Shown here: positions 9,870-18,472 of the stretch, in pieces | Numbering within the stretch: the first letter of the stretch is position 1 | Layout: every line of letters starts with the position of its first letter | From: an uncultured Ignavibacteriales bacterium | GTDB lineage: Bacteria > Zixibacteria > MSB-5A5 > GN15 > JAAZOE01 | NCBI GenBank assembly: GCA_964549765.1 | Contig: CAZJWR010000008.1 | Coordinates: 16,097 to 80,096, forward strand | DNA: 64,000 nucleotides | Direction of reading: 5' to 3' | The notes under the pieces: model-generated | Databases searched by the model: none | Told to the model about the DNA's origin: nothing | The model's input: the letters and a program-made list of their open reading frames with translations, nothing else | Program-made: the position numbers and the translations under genes

Positions 9870-10104
9870 CGACCTGATCGGCAACCTGTCCGATTATATA
9901 GACGGCGAACTCGATCCGGAACTGTGCCGGGAACTGGAGTCGCATCTGGCCGGCTGCCAGAATTGCCGGTTGATGGTCGATAATCTGAAGATGACCGTCA
10001 AGCTGTGCCGCGACGGCGCCGAGGTGGAATTGCCTCAGTCATTGCAGGACAAGATCAACGCCAAGCTGGCCGAACGCTGGAAGAAGCAGTTCGGGCATCT
10101 GTGA
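9856..10104 (+). CDS. Soluble zinc-binding anti-sigma factor (ZAS / zf-HC2)
   Basis: LSDYIDGEL...HLAGCQNC (HxxxCxxC). It overlaps the sigma factor stop and has no TM segment. Confidence 0.9.
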   Translation: MSRCDDLIGNLSDYIDGELDPELCRELESHLAGCQNCRLMVDNLKMTVKLCRDGAEVELPQSLQDKINAKLAERWKKQFGHL

Positions 10105-10204
10105 TCGCCGAGCCGGGATTGTGAATGATGGCTGCCGGCCACAGAAGTACGTGATTGAATTTCCCCTATCAATAGAGTATCCCTATTCAGAAAAAGAATC
10201 ATAA

Positions 10205-10351
10205 GTCATTGCGAGGAGGGCGGCCCGATATGGCGGGACGACCGACGCGGCAATCTTTCGTATCATCTATACCATTGCCGCATTGTGTGAAGGGGATGCG
10301 ATAGATTGCTTCGTCGCGATCCGCCATCGGCGGATCGATCCTCGCAATGAC
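10205..10351. repeat. RPE-like palindromic element (GTCATTGCGAG...CTCGCAATGAC)
   Basis: Terminal inverted repeats GTCATTGCGAGGA / TCCTCGCAATGAC, inner arms GCAATCT / AGATTGC, and a nested ATCCGCC-ATC-GGCGGAT hairpin. Confidence 0.75.
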
Positions 10352-10379
10352 ACGGCGATTTTTGTATTGAGAAACCAAT

Positions 10380-10408
10380 GTAGGTCAGGAGCCCAGCGGG
10401 CTCCTGAC
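10380..10408 (+). repeat. GTAG-type REP palindrome
   Basis: GTAGGTCAGGAGCCC-AGC-GGGCTCCTGAC, with a related copy at 58093-58120. Confidence 0.65.
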
Positions 10409-10431
10409 ATTCTTTCTCCACAAATTTCGCA

Positions 10432-12744
10432 TCACGGGCAGCACGGTTCAATCGGTGGTTGACCGCCCTTGAAAATGTACGTGATCAGATAAACAGCGTC
10501 GGCGATGTTGGTAGCGTCGTCACCGTCGGCGTCGGCCATGCAGAGCGGATCGGGCGCGGGGCCGCCCTTGAAAATATACGTGATGATATGCACGGCGTCG
10601 CCCACATTGACGGCGCGATCCCCGTCGGAATCGCCGCAAACATGCTGGCAGGCATCGCCGATATCGTTGCCGTCGCTGTCGGTTTGATCGGGATTGGGCG
10701 TATCCGGACAATTGTCGCACGAATCGGGTACAGCGTCGCTGTCGGCGTCGGCCAGGTCGTCGAATCCCGGACATAGATCGCAAACGTCGCCGACACCATC
10801 ACCATCGGTATCAAGCTGATCCTCATTGGCGACCGCAGGGCAATTGTCGCAAACGTCGCCGATACCGTCTTCGTCGTCATCGGCTTGGTCGGTGTTGGCC
10901 ATCGATGGGCAGTTGTCGATACAATCGGCGACCGTATCGAAATCGTAATCGAAGAAATCGTCCAACCCGGGACAGATATCGCACAGGTCGCCGGCGCCGT
11001 CGCGGTCGAAATCAGCCTGATCGGGGTTGTACAGACCAAGGCAATTATCACAGGGGTTGCCGACACCGTCGCCGTCCTCGTCGGTTTGATCCGGGTTGTA
11101 GTCCGCCGGACAATTGTCGAGACAGGCGATCAATCCGTCGCCGTCGATATCATTCGACGAATACCGCATCTTAATCCAGAAATCGAGCAGATCGATCGTC
11201 CCTTCCTCATCCTGGGCAACGGCCATGATACCTGCCTGTCCCCAGGCCAACGTGCCGTCCGGCATCCCAAACATCTGGTCGGGATGGAAATCAAAGGTCA
11301 TGGTGAAACTGTCGCCCGGGTTGAGCGTCCCCGAATAGCCGGTCGCGCTGGTCCATCCGAGGGCCGGATAGTGGTCGGAGAAGTCGGTGGTGATGGCTAT
11401 GGCCATAGTTGGGTGCGTGTTGCGGAAAGTGAAGGTGCGGGAGAAATCCGTTGAGCAGTCATTGATGGTGGTATCGACGAAGCTCAGGTCGGTGGTGATC
11501 CATCGCGCCGGATGATTCATCAACTCGTGAGCGAGGCTGATCATGTACAGGTTGGAGCCGATATGCCGTTCGCAATGATCCTGCATTTCGGGCGGTGACG
11601 GCCAGAAATCGGTCGCGGTCTCGATCAGTATGGCGTACGTTTTCCGCCGGTTGTCCTGATTGACGTACTGCCAGCAGGCGGCGTCGCCGCCGAAACCGGG
11701 CAGGCCGCCGATGAGTCCGTACGTGTAGGAAATCATCATGGACAGGGTGCTGCAAATGTATTCGAATATATCGTTTTCGGGGCAGCCGAGTATGTCCGGC
11801 GCGCCGAACGGATACAAGACGACGTTGCCGTAAGAATGGAAGTTGATGGCGGCGACAAAATCATGAGCCTTGAAGAAATCACGCAACACGGCCGTTTCCG
11901 GCTCCGAAAACGGCCCGGTTCCGCAATAAATCAGGGATGTCGGATCGAATGACGAGTTGGATTCGAGTCCCCAGTTGAACGCCCAGTTGCGGTTGAGGTC
12001 GGTGCCGTACGAGCCGTCGTAGTTGGGCGTCCGATTCTTGCGCCACATGCCGCCGCCGTTGGGATTGGTCATTTGATTGTACACATACCCGTCGGGATTG
12101 ATGATCGGCACGAACCATATTTCCGTGGTATTGATAACATCCGCTATCTCCGGGTCGCCCTGGTTGTCGAGCAGATAATTGATGGTGCTCATGCATATTT
12201 CCAGACCCATCGGTTCGCGAGCATGAATCAGGCCGTTGAACTGCACCTCCGGCTCATCGGTTTCATCGACATCGACATTATCCGATATTTTGAACGCGAA
12301 AATCGCCCGCCCCTCGTAGGAATACCCGATAGTATCCAGGCGGGTGATGGCCGGGTTGGCGGTGTGCAGGGCGGTGAGTTCCGCTATCGTTTCATCATAG
12401 GTATGATACCCGCCCATGTCCTTGGTCGCGTCGAGACGCTTGCTATAGTATGTTTCCATATCGTCGATCATGACGCGGGCGTCGTAGTCGATGATAAGGA
12501 TATCCCGGTCGCGCGACGCCGCGACGATTTCCCTGCTTCCATCCGGAAGCGTTCGGACGACGTCGAAACCGCCGCGATAAAACTCCGGCAGGCGGTCGGG
12601 TGAAAGCGGGGGGATGACGAGCAGGGAATGGTGTTCATAAACATCCGTGATTGCTCTGGGCTGTTCGGCGGCAATACCTAATGATGATAAAACCAGGATG
12701 ATTGCGCTTGCCCGCATAAACCATCTCGTGATCCGTCGATACAT
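10432..12744 (-). CDS. Secreted M14 zinc carboxypeptidase with thrombospondin type-3 repeats and a C-terminal dockerin-like domain
   Basis: Signal peptide; HARE, RKNR, DLNRNW and NFHSYG; repeated DNCP..N.DQ.D.DGDGVGD.CD; duplicated GDxDGD..NVGDAV.IITYIFKGGPAP. Confidence 0.92.
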   Translation of the reverse strand: MYRRITRWFMRASAIILVLSSLGIAAEQPRAITDVYEHHSLLVIPPLSPDRLPEFYRGGFDVVRTLPDGSREIVAASRDRDILIIDYDARVMIDDMETYYSKRLDATKDMGGYHTYDETIAELTALHTANPAITRLDTIGYSYEGRAIFAFKISDNVDVDETDEPEVQFNGLIHAREPMGLEICMSTINYLLDNQGDPEIADVINTTEIWFVPIINPDGYVYNQMTNPNGGGMWRKNRTPNYDGSYGTDLNRNWAFNWGLESNSSFDPTSLIYCGTGPFSEPETAVLRDFFKAHDFVAAINFHSYGNVVLYPFGAPDILGCPENDIFEYICSTLSMMISYTYGLIGGLPGFGGDAACWQYVNQDNRRKTYAILIETATDFWPSPPEMQDHCERHIGSNLYMISLAHELMNHPARWITTDLSFVDTTINDCSTDFSRTFTFRNTHPTMAIAITTDFSDHYPALGWTSATGYSGTLNPGDSFTMTFDFHPDQMFGMPDGTLAWGQAGIMAVAQDEEGTIDLLDFWIKMRYSSNDIDGDGLIACLDNCPADYNPDQTDEDGDGVGNPCDNCLGLYNPDQADFDRDGAGDLCDICPGLDDFFDYDFDTVADCIDNCPSMANTDQADDDEDGIGDVCDNCPAVANEDQLDTDGDGVGDVCDLCPGFDDLADADSDAVPDSCDNCPDTPNPDQTDSDGNDIGDACQHVCGDSDGDRAVNVGDAVHIITYIFKGGPAPDPLCMADADGDDATNIADAVYLITYIFKGGQPPIEPCCP

Positions 12745-13077
12745 GGCACACCTCGCATATTAATAGTGACGGCGGCAGGGGTTCAGGAGGGGATGGCCTG
12801 AGTGACAGAGCGCGACGTGAGTATTTTCCGGGACTACCCGAATTGCCTCATGATTATATCTACGAATTCGACGGCGAGAGTTTCCACTTTCTTGCACATC
12901 TTTAACGAATTGTCGAAAATAGTCGGGGATTGACGGGTCGTTTCCCCTTATTCGCCTGCCCGCGTGGGTACACCCGGTTCATGTCTGTACGAAACGGAAC
13001 ACGACGCGGGCCCTGAGACTGTGTTGTCGATTTCCTATCTCAATGCCTCGCAATTAACTCCCCCGTCAATGCGCGCC

Positions 13078-13092
13078 CGGCACGGACTTTGA
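13078..13092 (+). promoter_or_regulatory. Possible sigma54 promoter
   Basis: CGGCACGGACTTTGA (GG-N10-GA, a non-canonical -12), about 70 bp upstream of the 13165 ATG. Confidence 0.35.
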
Positions 13093-13164
13093 GTACTGCT
13101 TCGTGAAAAGAGATGAGATGAGTTAAGCAATGTTAACGAACAACCCACAACAAGGAGTGTAGCG

Positions 13165-13767
13165 ATGAAAACACTGACGACATTCCTGAGCGTTCTCGCT
13201 CTCGTAGTCGGTATGATATTCCTTTCCGGCGGCTCAGCCTTGGCGCAGACCTGTGACAGCACCCGGGCCGGGTTCGTCGATATGAACGGCGACGGATTCA
13301 ACGACAATGCCCCCGACCATGACGGCGACGGCATCCCCAACGGGCAGGATCCCGACTGGATCATGAATCCACAGGACGGCACCGGATACCAACATAAGAA
13401 CGGCAAGGGTATGGTCGACAAGGCAGCGGCCAAGGACGCCGGCACGCCGGCGGCTCAGAATCACGAGCAAAAGAAGCTCGGTCCCGCCGATGGTACCGGC
13501 AACCAGTATCAAAATCAGAATCAGAGTAAATATGAAAATGGGACATTGACCCGGACGCAGACCAGGGCTCAGTTCAAGCGGCAGTTCCAGAGCAAGGCTC
13601 AGGCGTTCACGCACACACAGACTATGAGCCAGGTGCGGCAGCAGCTCCGCGACGGCTCCTGCGGTGACGGCGCGGCTTCCGGCGGCGCCGGTTCAGGAAC
13701 CGGTTCCGGCAGCGGCGTTTGCGACGGCACCGGCCCCAAGGGAAACGGTAAGGGCGGCAACAAGTAG
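13165..13767 (+). CDS. Secreted low-complexity G/Q/N-rich protein with DxDGDG and DGTG motifs
   Basis: AAGGAG RBS; signal peptide ending ALA; FVDMNGDGFND..DHDGDGIPN; three DGTG motifs; QNQNQ and TQT runs. Confidence 0.8.
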   Translation: MKTLTTFLSVLALVVGMIFLSGGSALAQTCDSTRAGFVDMNGDGFNDNAPDHDGDGIPNGQDPDWIMNPQDGTGYQHKNGKGMVDKAAAKDAGTPAAQNHEQKKLGPADGTGNQYQNQNQSKYENGTLTRTQTRAQFKRQFQSKAQAFTHTQTMSQVRQQLRDGSCGDGAASGGAGSGTGSGSGVCDGTGPKGNGKGGNK

Positions 13768-13779
13768 TTGCCGGACGAC

Positions 13780-13811
13780 GGGCGGGCTGGACCCTCTCTG
13801 CCGGCCCGCCC
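13780..13811 (+). other. Intergenic GC-rich stem-loop without a U-tract
   Basis: GGGCGGGCTGG-N10-CCGGCCCGCCC between the secreted-protein gene and the barrel gene. Confidence 0.55.
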
Positions 13812-13836
13812 CTGATTAAATTCACGGAGGACGGCG

Positions 13837-14943
13837 ATGTACCGCATAGCATTTTTTCTGCTTGTTTTCGTCATGTCGAACACGGCGCCGATCATGGCAG
13901 CGGAAACCTCGGCGGGATTGGGAATGACCGGCGGATTTACCGATAACCTTTTTTCCGATTCCGGAAGAATTCATGATTCCTATACGACCCCGTATGTCTC
14001 CTTCAGCCTGTATCCGTCGTCGTCGCTGGAGCTGGCCGCCAATGCCTCGTATACGGCCTACCGGCAGATCCCCGATCTCGGATCGTTCCTGGTCGGGGGA
14101 AGTATCAGCTATATCAAAGTGGATGACGCCCAGCCGGTGTCGTTTTTTGCATCCGGCGAGCTTTCCACCCGCCGCTACGGCGACCTATACAGCAACTACG
14201 ATAATATCCACGCCGGGGCGTCGCTGACGGTGCGTCACCGCGTCATGGCGCAGGCCTTCCTCAAAGCCGGGGCCGCTCTGTCCTCCAATGAGTATGTCAA
14301 CGCCGTTACCGGAAGCAACCATGGATATGGCATATTCACCGGCCTGACAGCGACGATCCTTGAGAACAATAGCCTCGATATCGAAGCAGGATACGATATA
14401 ACGCGGTTTCCGAACCTCGCCGGCGATTTATCCCGGAGACAGATGATGCAGACGGTCGATCCGACGACGGAAGAAGATCTGCGGACATTCTACTACAATC
14501 TCCATTGGTCGCGACCGCTGGCCCCGCATACCGGAATCGGCCTGGGATACGCGGCCCGGCGATTTGTCGGTGATAACAACGCCGTCACCTACGGTCTGTC
14601 GCTGGATAATTTGTCGCCCTGGACGGCGTTTTGGGAAGGGAAAGCGGTCTCGGCCGACATCAAATCATTTATTATTCCCAACTTCATTGTGACCTCATCC
14701 GCCGAATATCGCGATATTTCATTCATGGACGCCCTGGAAACCTCCGGCGATGAATCTTATATCCGGACGCGCGCCGACCGGCGGACGACGGTTTCGCTGG
14801 TCGTTGCCCGTCCCATCGTCATCCAGCCGGGGACGGTGTTGCAGCCGACTATAGCCGGTGGATATATTGCCAATGATTCCACCGATCCGTTGTTCGATTA
14901 CGATTCTCTTTCGGTATCGGTGACTCTGGGCATGCACTTTTGA
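13837..14943 (+). CDS. Putative outer-membrane beta-barrel protein
   Basis: GGAGG RBS, signal peptide, alternating aromatic/hydrophobic strands, and a C-terminal VSVTLGMHF ending in Phe (BAM-type signal). Confidence 0.75.
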   Translation: MYRIAFFLLVFVMSNTAPIMAAETSAGLGMTGGFTDNLFSDSGRIHDSYTTPYVSFSLYPSSSLELAANASYTAYRQIPDLGSFLVGGSISYIKVDDAQPVSFFASGELSTRRYGDLYSNYDNIHAGASLTVRHRVMAQAFLKAGAALSSNEYVNAVTGSNHGYGIFTGLTATILENNSLDIEAGYDITRFPNLAGDLSRRQMMQTVDPTTEEDLRTFYYNLHWSRPLAPHTGIGLGYAARRFVGDNNAVTYGLSLDNLSPWTAFWEGKAVSADIKSFIIPNFIVTSSAEYRDISFMDALETSGDESYIRTRADRRTTVSLVVARPIVIQPGTVLQPTIAGGYIANDSTDPLFDYDSLSVSVTLGMHF

Positions 14944-15058
14944 GTTGGGTTTTTTCTCTTCTTAATCCTTGTCGGCATTGTTAAATTGCCCACGATAATA
15001 TGCAATCGACGACCGACACGATCTCTCGTGTCGGTCTGAAAATACATCGGAGTGATGC

Positions 15059-15814
15059 ATGAGTTCGAGCAAGGTGCGATTCACCGGCGGCAACGGCGAT
15101 GAACTGGCCGCGATTCTGGATATGCCCGATATGGGAAAGCCGGTCGCGTATGCGCTGTTCGCGCATTGTTTCACCTGTTCCAAGGACTACAAATCGGTCG
15201 TCAATATCTCCCGGGCGCTGGTGCAAAAAGGCATTGGGGTGATGCGCTTCGATTTCACCGGGCTTGGCGAAAGCGAAGGGGATTTTTCGGAAACGACGTT
15301 TTCTTCCAATGTCGAAGACTTGTCAGCCGCCGCCGAGTACATGAATTCCGAACATGAAGGCCCGGCGATCCTGATCGGCCATTCCTTCGGCGGCGCCGCC
15401 GTGATTCAGGCCGCCGGGAAGATCGAATCATCCCGGGCCGTCGCCGTTATCGCGACGCCGTACGATCCGTCTCACGTGGCCGATTTATTGCAATTGGAAA
15501 AACGGTTCGAGAAAAAGGATACGATCGATGTGACCATCTCGGCGCGGACGTTTCAATTGAAACGGAAATTCCTCGACGATTTGCGCCACGAAGCGATCAA
15601 ACGGCCGCTGGCCGATCTGCGCAAGCCGTTGATCATATTTCATTCTCCGGCCGACGGTGTCGTCAGCATTGACAACGCCGCCAAAATTTTCCAGGCCGCC
15701 AAACACCCCAAAAGCTTCATTTCGCTCGATGGGGCCGACCATCTCCTCTCAAATCCCACCGATTCAAAATATGTCGGTTTTATCATCGCCGAATGGGCCA
15801 TGAGATATCTATAG
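15059..15814 (+). CDS. Alpha/beta hydrolase (like the N-terminal domain of hydrolase-OsmC fusions)
   Basis: FAHCFTCSKD, RFDFTGLGESEGDF, GHSFGG nucleophile elbow, HPKSFISLDGADHLL. Confidence 0.9.
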   Translation: MSSSKVRFTGGNGDELAAILDMPDMGKPVAYALFAHCFTCSKDYKSVVNISRALVQKGIGVMRFDFTGLGESEGDFSETTFSSNVEDLSAAAEYMNSEHEGPAILIGHSFGGAAVIQAAGKIESSRAVAVIATPYDPSHVADLLQLEKRFEKKDTIDVTISARTFQLKRKFLDDLRHEAIKRPLADLRKPLIIFHSPADGVVSIDNAAKIFQAAKHPKSFISLDGADHLLSNPTDSKYVGFIIAEWAMRYL

Positions 15815-15929
15815 CTCTCTTACACAGGTTTACTCTGCATGTGCAATCAAGAGGCATCGGTTTGCACACCCCGCCATGAATCAGAACCCATCTTATTGGC
15901 AATCATGGCATATGCCGATCTCTTGAAAC

Positions 15930-15945
15930 CGGCGCGATTTTTGCT
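15930..15945 (+). promoter_or_regulatory. Sigma54 promoter of the PEP-CTERM gene
   Basis: CGGCGCGATTTTTGCT gives GG-N10-GC with TTGCT at -12. PEP-CTERM genes are commonly sigma54-driven. Confidence 0.65.
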
Positions 15946-15999
15946 CGTTTGCCTATGACCTATAGTATCTAACCCCCAGCTTCCTGGAAATGAGGTGCT

Positions 16000-16599
16000 A
16001 TGAAACATCTCCTTACACTCCTTGGTTTCTGCTGTTTTCTCGTCATCGGCGCAATACCGGCTCATGCGGGAAGTTATACCTTCATTCCCAATCCAGCCGA
16101 TCTGTATGACCTGGATCATTACAAGGCCTATGGATGGGGTCTGCAGTGGATGCATCCCGGAGAGGAAATCGTCGGTGCATCTTTGACGCTCAAGAATATC
16201 TACGACTGGCAGGTCGAGAGGAATGATTCCCTCTACATTCATCTTATCGATAATCCGGTCGAGATCGGCGTCAAGGTTTACTCCGATGATCAGGGTGGCG
16301 GCGACTTTTTCTCCGGCGCAGGTCCGTGGATCGGAACCTGGAGCGATCCGGGCGGCGGAAGTTCCACCGGCTTTGATCTGACGTACACTTTTGATGGTGG
16401 ATTGCTTGCTGCCCTGAATGGCTTTGGGGCTGATGGTAATTTCGGCTTCGGATTCGACCCCGATTGTCACTATTACAATTCAGGAGCCGAGTTTACCGTT
16501 GATACCAGAACGCCAACAATCCCTGAACCGGCGTCGCTGATTCTCCTCGGCCTCGGCCTGACCGGGTTGGGAGTCATCCGTCGCAGGAAAGTCGGCTGA
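16000..16599 (+). CDS. PEP-CTERM exosortase target protein
   Basis: Signal peptide ending PAHA; C-terminal IPEPASLILLGLGLTGLGVIRRRK. Confidence 0.93.
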   Translation: MKHLLTLLGFCCFLVIGAIPAHAGSYTFIPNPADLYDLDHYKAYGWGLQWMHPGEEIVGASLTLKNIYDWQVERNDSLYIHLIDNPVEIGVKVYSDDQGGGDFFSGAGPWIGTWSDPGGGSSTGFDLTYTFDGGLLAALNGFGADGNFGFGFDPDCHYYNSGAEFTVDTRTPTIPEPASLILLGLGLTGLGVIRRRKVG

Positions 16600-16624
16600 A
16601 AAAGGCCTGATGACATAAGAGCAT

Positions 16625-16653
16625 AAAGACGGCGCCTCCGGCGCCGTCTTTTC
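16625..16653. terminator. Bidirectional intrinsic terminator
   Basis: AAAGACGGCGCC-TCC-GGCGCCGTCTTTT between convergent genes. Confidence 0.75.
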
Positions 16654-16678
16654 TATTTCTGCCATTCCTGTACTGGAA

Positions 16679-17260
16679 TTATTTTTTGGCGCTGGGCGGC
16701 GGAACCGTCTGCGGCACCAAATTGTCGATTGGCGGCAGCGACTGCAAATAAGCGAATATCGCTCTGAGATCATCGTCCGTGAGTTTGCCGATATATTGCC
16801 ACGGCATCGGCGGCAGGATAGCCTGTCCCGTTCCCATATGTTTCCCGGTGCGCATTGCTGCGATAAATGTGGTATCGGTATACGCCCACATGCCATATAT
16901 CTTGGCCGGTGTGAGGTTTGCCGCAAAGCTGATTCCCCAGGGGCCGGCCCAGGCGGTCATCATGTTGGAAAAGGCGCCTCCCCACTTGTTCGGACCGATA
17001 ATATTGGCTGGATACGCCCCGATCGTGTCGTCCGGCGTATGCCCGGCGAGAAGCCGGGTCGTATCGGGTATCGGCCCCTGCGCCGTGAAAATTTTAGGCG
17101 AATGGCAATCGTTGCAGCCGCCCAGGTTGACCAGATAAGCGCCTCGGGCAACGGGATCCTCGGTCTTCTCGGCAGTGGCGGTTTTGCCCGAACAACCAAA
17201 CATCAGGAAGGCTGCTGTCATTATAACGGCCACCGCATACACGACTCCACGGATGGACAT
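16679..17260 (-). CDS. Monoheme c-type cytochrome lipoprotein
   Basis: Lipobox FGC; RGAYLV..GGCNDCHSPK; ANLTP; PPMPW (distal Met). Confidence 0.88.
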   Translation of the reverse strand: MSIRGVVYAVAVIMTAAFLMFGCSGKTATAEKTEDPVARGAYLVNLGGCNDCHSPKIFTAQGPIPDTTRLLAGHTPDDTIGAYPANIIGPNKWGGAFSNMMTAWAGPWGISFAANLTPAKIYGMWAYTDTTFIAAMRTGKHMGTGQAILPPMPWQYIGKLTDDDLRAIFAYLQSLPPIDNLVPQTVPPPSAKK

Positions 17261-17383
17261 AGGAAACCTCCAACGGCTTGAATGTGAATATAATTTGTAT
17301 TTCCGTCTATGAACGGGACTTGATGGTGTTCAAATCTCCATGGCGATGCATCACGAATAATCGCCGCCCTCCTCGCAATGTTA

Positions 17384-18283
17384 TTATTCATCGCCCTCCG
17401 TAGCCATGAACGGAACCGGCAGGGGGGAGCGGACGTGAAGATCACGCTGCGGGAAGGGAATTTCGATTTTGTATTCCCGGAATTTGCGGGATATGGCGAT
17501 GTTGATTTCGGATTGGATGGTATAGTATTGCTTGGGATCGGCGATCCATACCCGGAGTTGCATATTCCACGAAGAATCGCCGAAACTGCGGAAGAGCACG
17601 TCGGGCTCGGGGTATTTCAGCACCAGCGAATTCTCGGCAGCGACTTCGTGCAGGGCCTTCAGGACGAGGTCGATATCGGAGTTGTACGAAACGCCGACGT
17701 CCACCACCAGGCGGGTCTTGGGATCGCCGTGTGACCAGTTGATGACGCGGGTCGAGATGAAATCGGAATTCGGCACGATAATGGCGATGTTATTCAAGGA
17801 ATTGACCGTAGTCGAACGCATGTTTATGGACCGGACATCTCCCTCGGTATCACCCACGGTGACGCGGTCGCCGACCTTGATCGGCCGTTCGAACAAAAGG
17901 ATCAGCCCGGCGATGAAATTCGAGGTGATATTCTGCAGGCCGAACCCGATGCCGACCGACAGCAGGCCGAAAATTACGGCCAGGCCGCTGAGATTGACGC
18001 CGACGAATTGGAAAGCGAAAATCGCACCGATGATCATCAGGATATAATGGCTGATGCGCACCATCGTGAAGCGAATACCGCTCTCGATGTGAAACCGCAT
18101 AAGGATGCGTTTCAGGACGATTCGCGTCAGGATGCGAGAAATGACAAACACGATGGCGATGATGAGCAGAAACACGGTGAGCGAGGCAAGCGTCACGGGT
18201 TGCCCGTTGAGTTCGAACAGCTGATAGTGCATGACCTTGTCGACGGTGGCGAGAATGTCGGTCAGCGTTGCTGGAAGATTCAT
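17384..18283 (-). CDS. MscS-family mechanosensitive channel
   Basis: GIGFGLQNITSNFIAGLILLFERPIKVGD, IVPNS, and C-terminal IPFPQRDLH. Confidence 0.93.
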   Translation of the reverse strand: MNLPATLTDILATVDKVMHYQLFELNGQPVTLASLTVFLLIIAIVFVISRILTRIVLKRILMRFHIESGIRFTMVRISHYILMIIGAIFAFQFVGVNLSGLAVIFGLLSVGIGFGLQNITSNFIAGLILLFERPIKVGDRVTVGDTEGDVRSINMRSTTVNSLNNIAIIVPNSDFISTRVINWSHGDPKTRLVVDVGVSYNSDIDLVLKALHEVAAENSLVLKYPEPDVLFRSFGDSSWNMQLRVWIADPKQYYTIQSEINIAISRKFREYKIEIPFPQRDLHVRSPLPVPFMATEGDE

Positions 18284-18410
18284 AGATATCACCCCGGCTT
18301 TGGTGAATTGCCGATCACACAGTCATTGATCCCATAACATACGGCCCAAGCCGCGTCGACGCCAATAAAAAAGACAGCTTCTATTCGGCGCCGTTTCGTT
18401 CCGGAACCGC

Positions 18411-18439
18411 TTGACGCGGAGCGATTTTGGGATTACAAT
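18411..18439 (+). promoter_or_regulatory. Sigma70-type promoter
   Basis: TTGACG-N17-TACAAT upstream of the M3 peptidase gene. Confidence 0.55.
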
Positions 18440-18472
18440 CAGGTTTCATGTTTTGCCCAAAGGAGAACGGTC

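Noticed and set aside
10640-11150. Repetitive DNA inside the M14 gene as a tandem array or DGR-like repeat
   Set aside because: It is explained by thrombospondin type-3 protein repeats with synonymous divergence, and no reverse transcriptase is nearby.
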